A stretch of 64,000 nt of DNA from an uncultured virus (IMG/VR IMGVR_UViG_3300025529_000271) (taxonomy: Duplodnaviria; Heunggongvirae; Uroviricota; Caudoviricetes), in the IMG/VR virus record IMGVR_UViG_3300025529_000271. The stretch is one strand, 5' to 3'. The notes below the pieces were generated by a model, which saw nothing but the letters and a program-made list of their open reading frames with translations, did not search any database and had not been told where the DNA came from. Of the stretch, positions 27,692 to 36,135 are shown piece after piece. A program made the translations under genes and the position numbers. The stretch's first letter is position 1, and every line of letters starts with the position of its first letter.

Positions 27692-29386
27692 ATGTCGCTT
27701 CATCCTCAAGTTCGGGACATTTTCTACCCGAATGTCGCCAACTCCCCGTATGCGGATTTGTCGGCGGTCGCTGGCAACGTTATGTTGGCGGCGTTCCAAG
27801 GTCGGACTTCGAGCTTCTTCCACGACTTTGCGGGGTACTTCAACGCCGTTCCCGGCGCGGCGAATTATCTCGCTAAGCTCGGACGCAACACCATCGGTCA
27901 ACTGCACCAAAACAATGGTTGGAAGGGCGATGTTGAGAAGCTTCTTGAGGGGGTAACTCCGGCGTATGCCGCTATCTTCCAAGCGCTGTCCGATCTGATT
28001 TTTGTGGGTCTGGACACTACAAAGGAAGGTTACCCGACGGCACTCTACACTCGTTCTTTCCACGTCATCAAGCGCATGGTGGATGCGGGTATGGTGCAAC
28101 CGGACAACGTGAACAAGGTTATGAAAGACCTGACGGGCACCAAAACAGCAAACGGTGTATCGGAAGGAACCTTCTGCGTGGTGCGTTTGGACTTCGAGCA
28201 GTACGTAAACGGTATTCCGACTTTCAAGCTGACGGTTCCGCGTTCCAATCTCAAGGTTCTTGGCAACGATGCGGAGTATATGCTGGTACCGCTCATCTTC
28301 TATGCGGTTTTCAGCCAAATCCTGCAAAATGCTACGGCGGAACAGGCGTTTGAGTTCGAGAAGACTTCGGTCACGGGTAACATTCGGCACCAAGCCACCA
28401 TCAGCCCGAATGTGGTCAAGTTGGTGTACGCCAATTCTGACCCGGAGGACGTGGAAGCTAAGATTCGTCGTATTCGTCCGGGGTACGATCCGATCCGACA
28501 ACGCTATACGCTCTATGATCTGGAATCGTCGGTCTATTCGCTCGGACTTGCATCGTTCCGTCCTGAGATGCTTAACTACGTGAAGATTATCAATCCGCAT
28601 TCCATCAATACCGCTTGCCACAATGTGGACTTTGATGTTCTGCGGCAAATCTTCGCTACCCGCATTCGCGCTCTCAAGGCGGCGCAACTGGACGCGTTCA
28701 AGTACATTGATCTCTCCAGTTACGCCAATATGACCGACAAGCAGAATGCTCTTATCGAGCAGGCGGAAAAAGAGGACAATCGCAAACTGCTCTCGCTCAT
28801 GCAAGCGCACCCGGAAATCTTCGGAGACATCAATGAAGCCCTCGAAAAGCGTCGTCGGATTATGCCGAAGTTCCTCAAGGGCTTCCAGCCGGTAGAACTG
28901 CCGAACACCGAGCAAGAGCGCGTCGCCCTTCTGCGCGATCTCTTATCCAAGGGGGTAGTGCAGTTCGTTACTACGACGAAAGACGGTCGCGTGTCGGGTA
29001 AGCTGGCTTCTAACAATTCGAAGGTGTTGGAGCGTATCTACGGTAAGGACTACGTCCAAAAGTACGAGACGGTTAGCCTTCGAATCAAGGAAGTCAAAGC
29101 CGCTATTGAACGCGGTGAGGTCAAGAGCCGGAAGGAAGCAGAGGAGTTGGCGGTTAAGTACAATATCCTTCCTTCCATCGATGCGACCGAGTATCTCAAG
29201 GGCGGTAAAGCGACTCTTGCCGCACTTGACACCGCGATCAAGGAGTTGGAGGAAAAGTCGGCTTCCCGTACTCGCAACCCGGCGTATGTGCTGTATCGTA
29301 ACCTGAAAGCGGAAAATAGCGACAATTTCTATGGTCAGGTTAACGTAAACTCGCTTATCTCGGTGGAGTTCCGGGCTTACGAGTGA
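27692..29386 (+). CDS. uncharacterised core protein A2 with repeated putative SH3/Sm-like (WYL_2-like) barrels
   Basis: GGAGG RBS; YDLES...LASFRPEML and GVVQFVTTTKDGRV motifs. Confidence 0.7.
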   Translation: MSLHPQVRDIFYPNVANSPYADLSAVAGNVMLAAFQGRTSSFFHDFAGYFNAVPGAANYLAKLGRNTIGQLHQNNGWKGDVEKLLEGVTPAYAAIFQALSDLIFVGLDTTKEGYPTALYTRSFHVIKRMVDAGMVQPDNVNKVMKDLTGTKTANGVSEGTFCVVRLDFEQYVNGIPTFKLTVPRSNLKVLGNDAEYMLVPLIFYAVFSQILQNATAEQAFEFEKTSVTGNIRHQATISPNVVKLVYANSDPEDVEAKIRRIRPGYDPIRQRYTLYDLESSVYSLGLASFRPEMLNYVKIINPHSINTACHNVDFDVLRQIFATRIRALKAAQLDAFKYIDLSSYANMTDKQNALIEQAEKEDNRKLLSLMQAHPEIFGDINEALEKRRRIMPKFLKGFQPVELPNTEQERVALLRDLLSKGVVQFVTTTKDGRVSGKLASNNSKVLERIYGKDYVQKYETVSLRIKEVKAAIERGEVKSRKEAEELAVKYNILPSIDATEYLKGGKATLAALDTAIKELEEKSASRTRNPAYVLYRNLKAENSDNFYGQVNVNSLISVEFRAYE

Positions 29387-29414
29387 TTGATCTTTCCGGT
29401 TTGTCCAACTTTCT

Positions 29415-29444
29415 GACCCCGAGCGATCCAGCTCGGGGTCTTTT
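29415..29444 (+). terminator. intrinsic terminator
   Basis: GACCCCGAGC-gatcca-GCTCGGGGTC plus TTTT. Confidence 0.85.
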
Positions 29445-29604
29445 CATGGACTTCAGCCCATTTTTGAATCTTATGGGTCTATTTTGCGGAATTTTGCCAT
29501 AAACTAGGATATCTCCGTCCACCTTGTAAGGTGTTTCTATTTTAAGCGAACCTGCGTAAGGACGTGCAGTCTTTTTCACGCACCTTTAAAGGTGGTGTAT
29601 TACA

Positions 29605-31098
29605 TTGAGTTTAGCGGTTTATCGTCAGTACTTGCAAAATATCGGCAAATGCTTGCAGGGGTATCAAGTACCGAATATTCCTGTTGACGCGTCTTTCTTG
29701 GATTTGGTGGGGTTCATTCGGGATCTGGACGAAATGACCTATATTGACCATTTCCTTTCTTCGCAAGGTCAACCTTCATACTTTTTACGGACTTACGATT
29801 TTCTTCACCATTCGTATGCGTCTTCTATTTTGGAAAGGTTGAGAAATAAGGAGTTCTCGACGGAACTCCGGGATGAGTTCCTTGCGAATCTGGGTGCGTT
29901 GGCTGATCCGGGGTATTTTCCTCCCTCTCATACTGAGTCAGTACCTTCGTCTTTCTCGGAGATCCAGTCCGATTTCTCGGAACAATTTGCTCCTTTGCTT
30001 GAAGCGCATGCTTCAGATGATGAGGAATCAATTGAACCCTTCGATTACAATGACCCTAATTACGAGGAGCCTGATCCTAACGAGGACGACGATCTCTCCG
30101 ACTTCGAAGGCGACGAGGATGAGCTTGACGTGGGGTATTCTGACGAGGACGATCTCTCTGACTTCGAAGGTGACGATGATGAACTAGACTTCAATGACGA
30201 CGAGGACGACTTTGAGGTTGTCGATGATAGCGAGGACGACGCTCTTTCCGACTTCGAAGGTGATGAAGAGGACGATGACCTTTCCGACTTCGAAGGTGAT
30301 GAAGAGGACGATGACCTTTCCGACTTTGAAGGCGCTGAGGATGACGATCTTGCAGACTTCGAAGGCGATGAGGATGACGATCTTGCAGACTTCGAAGGCG
30401 ATGAGGACTCCGATTTCGAGGTTGTCGACGAGGAAGAGGACGATCTCTCTGACTTCGAGGGTGACGATGATGACTTCGAGGTTGTTTATGAGGAAGAGGA
30501 CGATCTTTCTGACTTTGAAGGTGACGAGGATGATCTCTCCGATTTCGAAGGCGACGAGGACGAGTTGGACGACTATCAAGAAGAGGATGAAGATGACCTC
30601 TCTGATTTCGAAGGCGACGAGGACGATGATGACCTTTCCGACTTCGAAGGCGACGAGGACGACGACTTTCCACCCGAGGACGAGGACGACGACCTCTCTG
30701 ATTTTGAGGACGATGATACCGACGATTTCGAAGATCGAAACTATTTCGAGGACATGAAGCGTCCTGAGTCGGACAACTTCATAGACCCAGACGATTTGGA
30801 GTCTGATTTTAACGAAATTCCTAAACAACCGTCAACTTCAAGTAGGTTAAACGAATTTTCTAAATTTCCTTCAGAAGGAAATGTACATTCGTCGAGTTCT
30901 TCGAATACTCTTGGGACTAAGTCTTCGACCCAAAAGAAGACATCGTCCTTGGATGATACTTTGGCAAATGCTATTTATAAGCTGGAGCGTAAAATGACTG
31001 GCGGTGCTGTAAAAGGCGTCCAAAAGGTCGTAGGCTTTAGCAAGCGAGCGAAAGAATCACTCCGGGGTATGGTGGTTTCTGATGAGGAAGAAACTTAA
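29605..31098 (+). CDS. protein with long hyper-acidic repeat region
   Basis: 497 aa ORF, AAAGGTGG RBS; central D/E tract. Confidence 0.85.
   Translation: MSLAVYRQYLQNIGKCLQGYQVPNIPVDASFLDLVGFIRDLDEMTYIDHFLSSQGQPSYFLRTYDFLHHSYASSILERLRNKEFSTELRDEFLANLGALADPGYFPPSHTESVPSSFSEIQSDFSEQFAPLLEAHASDDEESIEPFDYNDPNYEEPDPNEDDDLSDFEGDEDELDVGYSDEDDLSDFEGDDDELDFNDDEDDFEVVDDSEDDALSDFEGDEEDDDLSDFEGDEEDDDLSDFEGAEDDDLADFEGDEDDDLADFEGDEDSDFEVVDEEEDDLSDFEGDDDDFEVVYEEEDDLSDFEGDEDDLSDFEGDEDELDDYQEEDEDDLSDFEGDEDDDDLSDFEGDEDDDFPPEDEDDDLSDFEDDDTDDFEDRNYFEDMKRPESDNFIDPDDLESDFNEIPKQPSTSSRLNEFSKFPSEGNVHSSSSSNTLGTKSSTQKKTSSLDDTLANAIYKLERKMTGGAVKGVQKVVGFSKRAKESLRGMVVSDEEET
30085..30712 (+). repeat. in-frame tandem repeat encoding DDL[S/A]DFEG
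   Basis: 12 L[SA]DFEG units, 1 LSDFED and 3 DFEVV counted in the translation; synonymous variation between units. Confidence 0.95.
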
Positions 31099-31146
31099 GT
31101 CTCAGGGGTATTATCAAAAATCTCATGTTGAAAGGATGTATGTTGG

Positions 31147-32127
31147 ATGTACAGAGGTTCTCAGTTTCGAGTGACTGAAGCGCAAGAAGCGCTTCGACCC
31201 TTGATCGGTCGCTTCGTCCTGAAGGAGGGTACGACGGTTGATCAACTGGCGCAACAACTGGCAGATGTTCAGTTCGCACTGAATATCTACCCGGATGCGC
31301 CGAAGGAAGTCATCTCGAAGAGCATTTACACGGTGTCGGAGGACAGTGACGTTGTTGAGTCGGTACGCTTCACCATTCGTCCTTCCTCGTCGCACAAGCT
31401 GTGGATTGATGATCTGCACAAGGTTTTCACTCTGCAAGCGACGCCGGACTTCTTTGACAAGTTCATCACGGAGTTCGCACAGTGGGCGGACACTTGGACG
31501 TACCATTTCCGTCTGCAAACCAATCTCGAAGCCCTCAACACTGAAGTGGCGAAGGTTATCGAGGAAGAAGGTATCCCGTACAAGGTTTCCTTCACTCTTG
31601 GCGACGGACTGGCGGATGCAACGGATGATCATACGGTCATCGGACTGAGCGCCGAGGTTATCGAAAATCTTACCAACCTGCCGCTGTTCGGTGACAGCAT
31701 CGAAAGCCGTCAGGAAGCTTGCCGTCAGTCGCTGGCTGATGCGCTGAAGGAAGCTAACTATGGTTACGATTTGCTCCGTAGCAAATCGACGTTCTTCAAA
31801 CGCGATCTGGGGGTATACACTCGCAAATCGCTCAACAAGCTCCTGCGCGATTTTGTCAACCGTCGTATCCAGCACGTTCGCGTCGGTATCGGACATTATG
31901 ATAAGGACGGCGTTTTCGCCATCTTGGAACGCGTGGCTGTTAGTGAGGAAGAGTTGGCAAGCTACGATCTTTCCAAGGTTGTTGTTACGGACAACAAGGA
32001 GCCTTCCAGCAAGGAGAAAGCGCAGAACAAGACGAAGATCGTCACCTTCTTCCGGCTCTCGCCCATTGACCGTGAGACGGGCGTTCGCGTGGACTCTGTT
32101 ACGCTCGAACAAGCCATCGCGGGTTAA
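31147..32127 (+). CDS. hypothetical core protein (326 aa)
   Basis: long ORF, C-ending codon bias. Confidence 0.8.
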   Translation: MYRGSQFRVTEAQEALRPLIGRFVLKEGTTVDQLAQQLADVQFALNIYPDAPKEVISKSIYTVSEDSDVVESVRFTIRPSSSHKLWIDDLHKVFTLQATPDFFDKFITEFAQWADTWTYHFRLQTNLEALNTEVAKVIEEEGIPYKVSFTLGDGLADATDDHTVIGLSAEVIENLTNLPLFGDSIESRQEACRQSLADALKEANYGYDLLRSKSTFFKRDLGVYTRKSLNKLLRDFVNRRIQHVRVGIGHYDKDGVFAILERVAVSEEELASYDLSKVVVTDNKEPSSKEKAQNKTKIVTFFRLSPIDRETGVRVDSVTLEQAIAG

Positions 32128-32152
32128 TCGCGATCTCATCGGCATATCGCCT

Positions 32153-32191
32153 AAGAAAGCTGAAAGGTCTTCCCGCCTTTCAGCTTTCTTT
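32153..32191 (+). terminator. intrinsic terminator
   Basis: AAGAAAGCTGAAAGG...CCTTTCAGCTTTCTT. Confidence 0.75.
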
Positions 32192-32208
32192 GATAAGAGG
32201 TGGTCTTT

Positions 32209-32823
32209 ATGTATAAGAAGGCTGGTATAATCATCGGGGTGTTGATGCTTGGGGTCGCCTTGGTCATCCACTTCCTTTTTAGTACCGAAGGGGGTAAGGA
32301 GAAGGCATCTCGCCCGGCGACGCAACCCCAGCCGCAAGTTTCGGCTTCAGCGGATACTTCGGTTACGAAACCACCCCAAACTCAACCTGTTCAACCTACG
32401 CAACCCGCGCCACAGTCGCCATCTTCAGTACCTTCATCGCAGACGAATCTCATTTCTCCTCCAACGGAGGGGTATCGCTCCGAAGAAGGAACGCTCTCAA
32501 AGCGAATTTTCTCGGAGTACACGGAAGAGGAGTTTGCGAACGCTTTGGGCACTCCGGTGACGACTAATAAGGAGATCATGACTGTCTCGGTAAAGAAGGT
32601 TATTTTGTTTGATTCTGATGCGGTTTCCGGCTCTAAAGCGGGTAAGCAACTTACTTATGGGTTGACTCTGTTGGGGGATGACCCGAATTTCCGTCTTACG
32701 GCATATGTTAATAAGGAAGCTTATGATTCGGTTGAGGTTGGGGATAGGCTTACGGTGGAGTATGAAATCTACGCCAACTCCAACAATGTGAAGTTACCGC
32801 TCATCAAATCCATCAAAAAGTAA
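32209..32823 (+). CDS. membrane-anchored protein with P/Q linker and C-terminal beta domain
   Basis: N-terminal TM helix; GAGGTGG RBS. Confidence 0.75.
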   Translation: MYKKAGIIIGVLMLGVALVIHFLFSTEGGKEKASRPATQPQPQVSASADTSVTKPPQTQPVQPTQPAPQSPSSVPSSQTNLISPPTEGYRSEEGTLSKRIFSEYTEEEFANALGTPVTTNKEIMTVSVKKVILFDSDAVSGSKAGKQLTYGLTLLGDDPNFRLTAYVNKEAYDSVEVGDRLTVEYEIYANSNNVKLPLIKSIKK

Positions 32824-32914
32824 TTTGACGCATTCCCCTTCTGTTCGAGAAGGGGTTTTCTTTTTTGGGAAAATAGGTTAAATTAGTACACAGCCCTTAA
32901 AAGGAGTTGAGTAT

Positions 32915-33292
32915 ATGTCTTACGGTTATCTCTCGAAGTACGATCTGATCCGTAAGTTATCGGATTATCAGGTGCAACTCCTGCTTTTGTTGAAAGCGGG
33001 TTGTCGTGCGGTCACGAACGAGGGGGTCAATTATCGTTGTTGGATGGAGTTCAAGGACTCTGCGTTACCTTTTCGCTTGAGAAAAGATACGCTTCAGCAT
33101 TTTTATGATCTTGGGCTTCTTACTCCTATTGATGATCCATTGTATCGACCGGGCACTTATTGTTACGGGTTATCTGCAAAGGGACTGCAAATCGCCTATG
33201 CTATCCCGGATGCCCGAAGGAATCATTGTTTGTCACTCAGATCGTTTGTTACGCGACTTCGGGACTTTCAGGGGTTAGGGTTGCGTCTTTAA
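32915..33292 (+). CDS. small putative winged-helix protein
   Basis: AAGGAG RBS; TL..FYDLGLL...YGLSAKG wing-like pattern. Confidence 0.55.
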   Translation: MSYGYLSKYDLIRKLSDYQVQLLLLLKAGCRAVTNEGVNYRCWMEFKDSALPFRLRKDTLQHFYDLGLLTPIDDPLYRPGTYCYGLSAKGLQIAYAIPDARRNHCLSLRSFVTRLRDFQGLGLRL

Positions 33293-33707
33293 GCGATCTT
33301 TAAGCGTACCTTGATTGAATTACAATTTCTTCCTTATCGACTTGATATGATATTTATGACTTATACTTGCTTGGAACGAGTTCTCCCCTTGCACCTTGGT
33401 AGGAAACCATCCTTTTTCTTCTGAAACATTTTTGCCCTTACTTTGAAACATTCCTGTCGATCTGTTTAATCCCTTTTAACCCCGCCTTTTCCGCTCGTAT
33501 AGGCGGGGTACTTAGCGGTGGTTGCGCTCTTATGCGTTGCCCTATATGTCTGCTCTGTGGCGCGTACAGCTTGTTTAGCGGCGGTGTGACGAGTGGTGCG
33601 GTTTGGGGTACTCGCAACCTTTGTGCATGGGGGTACGGACGGTAGCGGTATGAAACATGGTGTGTTACAAAAGCGGAGCATCTTGAAAAATATTTTTTAG
33701 AAATGAG

Positions 33708-33736
33708 TTGACTTCTGTATTGAGCCAAGTTATTAT
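33708..33736 (+). promoter_or_regulatory. sigmaA-type promoter of core protein B1
   Basis: TTGACT-17 bp-TATTAT. Confidence 0.7.
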
Positions 33737-33852
33737 TGTAACTGTCAGGGGGTACTACTCCTACCCCGCAGGGACTTATCTCCCGGCGGCAGGGTCGGGG
33801 TCGCAACTCCCAAAATCGAAATCATCAATTCCAATGAGGGAGGAAAAAAGTC

Positions 33853-34626
33853 ATGGCAATCCAACGTTCTGCTGTGGATCAAAACGTGGCTGGCGCTCCG
33901 GCTCCTGCCGCTACCAAGGGAGGTAAGGAAAAGGTGCGGGCTTCCGAGAAGATCGCGGATCAAGGTCGCGCACTGGTCGCTTCGATGTCCGAAGCTGAAA
34001 TCGAAGCACTCGGCTCCAAGTCGCACACCCTGATCTTCCTCGAATGCCTTGGCATGGGAAGCAAGCGCTCCAGCCGTCGCGTGGCTGAAGACCAAAACGT
34101 CGACTGCGCGACTCCGGTTGCGGCACGTTTCCGCACCACGGAAGACATCATGGTTCCGCAAATCCCGATCACGAAAGACCGCTTCACGGGTATCAATCCG
34201 GAAACCGACATCACGTGGGTACCGAAGAAGGCGGGCGAGGAATTCATCCTCTCCTACTACGAAATCATGTACCTGCTGATCAAGGACGAATACGGCGGAT
34301 ACTGCTCGGACGGCGAAAATCCGAAGGGCGTTCGCTTCACGCCGCGTCTGAATGCCTACGTTGCGAACCAAGCTCTCCTGCCGACGCCGACGCTGACGCT
34401 GGAGAAGGGCGCTATCAAGGCTTCCATCACCAACATCGACGAAGAAGTCGAACCGGGCAAGTGGGTCTGCAAGCCGGAGTACGAAGAGAAGTTCGGTGAC
34501 CTGTTCAAGAAGAAGGCTCCGCGCCGCGCTTCCGCCGAACCGAAGGGCAAGAAGATCTCCAGCACGACCTACATCGCCAAAGCCCTCAACCACATCCTGT
34601 ACGCGGGCAACAAGGCAAACGCCTAA
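33853..34626 (+). CDS. uncharacterised, probably highly expressed core protein B1; paralog of 39628-40443
   Basis: GAGGGAGG RBS, own promoter and terminator, extreme C/G-ending codon bias. Confidence 0.9.
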   Translation: MAIQRSAVDQNVAGAPAPAATKGGKEKVRASEKIADQGRALVASMSEAEIEALGSKSHTLIFLECLGMGSKRSSRRVAEDQNVDCATPVAARFRTTEDIMVPQIPITKDRFTGINPETDITWVPKKAGEEFILSYYEIMYLLIKDEYGGYCSDGENPKGVRFTPRLNAYVANQALLPTPTLTLEKGAIKASITNIDEEVEPGKWVCKPEYEEKFGDLFKKKAPRRASAEPKGKKISSTTYIAKALNHILYAGNKANA

Positions 34627-34642
34627 TCCGGCGACTACGGCA

Positions 34643-34672
34643 AGGGAGGATCGAATTTCGATCCTCCCTTTT
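34643..34672 (+). terminator. intrinsic terminator
   Basis: AGGGAGGATCGAA-t-TTCGATCCTCCCT plus TTT. Confidence 0.85.
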
Positions 34673-34762
34673 CGTATGCCAATTTTCCGGTATTTTCGCA
34701 ACTATTTAAGTGTACTCAGCGTATAAGGGTTAAGATGATGTTTGTGAGGGGAGGGAGTCTCG

Positions 34763-35380
34763 ATGCTCCGGTCACCGAAATTGGATTTGGACACGTTATT
34801 GTTTATCGATACCGCTTATGTCCTTACGATTGATCAACGCCCGGTCGCCATTCGCGTAAAGGTGGGCAGGGGGTATTACGACTTTGCATTGACCACGCTT
34901 TTTCGGGTCGGACTTCCTCCATCGTTTATTAGCTTGCAACCGTTCCCGGAGGTTCCGTTGTACTTGAAGAAGGGTTCGACGGATGAATATCTTTCTAAGC
35001 GAGAGTTGAATTGGGGTCGTCTTGCTCTGGATTGTTCGGAGGACTTGCTTTTGGCTTGCTTTATGAACTGCTTTATTCAGGCTTATTACTATCGGGTTGA
35101 AAATGAGACTGTACATAATTATAGCATTCCTTCTTCGACCCTTGAAGAGTTACAATCGGAAATTTTTCCGTATCATCGTAAGAAGGTGTGTGGGCGTAAT
35201 GGACGCCTTGTCCGCTATGGGGTAACTTTCTGCGATCCTGAAGCGCGGGATTTGAAAATCTTTGTACGGAGCCTTCATACCAAACGACTTTTCCTCTTTA
35301 CACTCCCTGTTTTGCGTCGTTTTCTCACGTCTTCGCAGGAGGAACGTTCCTTTGAGTTATACCATGTGGTACATGCCTAA
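34763..35380 (+). CDS. hypothetical protein
   Basis: GGGAG RBS, 205 aa ORF. Confidence 0.65.
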   Translation: MLRSPKLDLDTLLFIDTAYVLTIDQRPVAIRVKVGRGYYDFALTTLFRVGLPPSFISLQPFPEVPLYLKKGSTDEYLSKRELNWGRLALDCSEDLLLACFMNCFIQAYYYRVENETVHNYSIPSSTLEELQSEIFPYHRKKVCGRNGRLVRYGVTFCDPEARDLKIFVRSLHTKRLFLFTLPVLRRFLTSSQEERSFELYHVVHA

Positions 35381-35769
35381 TACTTTGAATCATTCATTGT
35401 GGGAATCGGAAACATCTTGCCGATTCCCGTTATTATTTTCCTGTTGAATGAAACAATCTTTAGCGAGGATTTCAAAAATCTTACTTTAGAACTGGTTTTC
35501 AGACTTGGACTTTTCTTTTCACCGCTAACCTCTAAATTTCCATCGACTTTTCCCTTTTTCTGAGAGAATTTTATGACCCCCGGTTCGACTCAGAAAAATT
35601 TTCTCCCAGACCCCAATCTCCCCAAATTATTTCTGAGGTAAAGTTATACTGATCACCGCTTCATCACGCCCCGCCGCTAGGGGCGGTGGGGGTACGGAGC
35701 AACCGTTTGCTCCCGGCTTTTGTGGGGCGGGCGGTTGTAGGATCATTACTTGATGGGAGGTTGCTGTCG

Positions 35770-36135
35770 TTGCTGGTTGCTTTTGATTCTCGTACAGGAA
35801 ATGTGGCGCGGTTTATTAAGAAGTTGGATTTGCCCGCCGTTAAAATCACCCCGGAGTTGGTGATTGAGGAGCCATTCGTTTTGGTTACCTATACCACGGG
35901 TTTTGGGCAGGTTCCGGTAAGCACTGCTGAGTTTCTGCGGAATAACCATCAGCGTCTGATGGGGGTAGCGTCCAGCGGAAATCGTAACTGGGGTGCGAAC
36001 TTTGGTAAAGCCGCTGATCGGATCGCAGACTTTTATCATGTAAGGGTAGTTTCCAAATTTGAATTAAACGGAACGCTCTATGATGTTGAGCGTTTCCATA
36101 AGGAGGTTGAATCTCTTGTCGTCGCAAATTTCTGA
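35770..36135 (+). CDS. nrdI: class Ib ribonucleotide reductase flavodoxin NrdI
   Basis: FDSRTGNV.RF, TYTTGFGQVP, GVASSGNRNWG..FG.A, KFELNG; GGGAGG RBS before TTG 35770. Confidence 0.95.
   Translation: MLVAFDSRTGNVARFIKKLDLPAVKITPELVIEEPFVLVTYTTGFGQVPVSTAEFLRNNHQRLMGVASSGNRNWGANFGKAADRIADFYHVRVVSKFELNGTLYDVERFHKEVESLVVANF

Noticed and set aside
30085..30712. Possible CRISPR-like repeat array
   Set aside because: Units are in-frame codon repeats with synonymous changes and no unique spacers; no cas genes seen.
33438..33806. Minus-strand 122-aa ORF
   Set aside because: Overlaps the + strand promoter and leader, has no RBS or recognisable motif, and opposes the uniform gene orientation.
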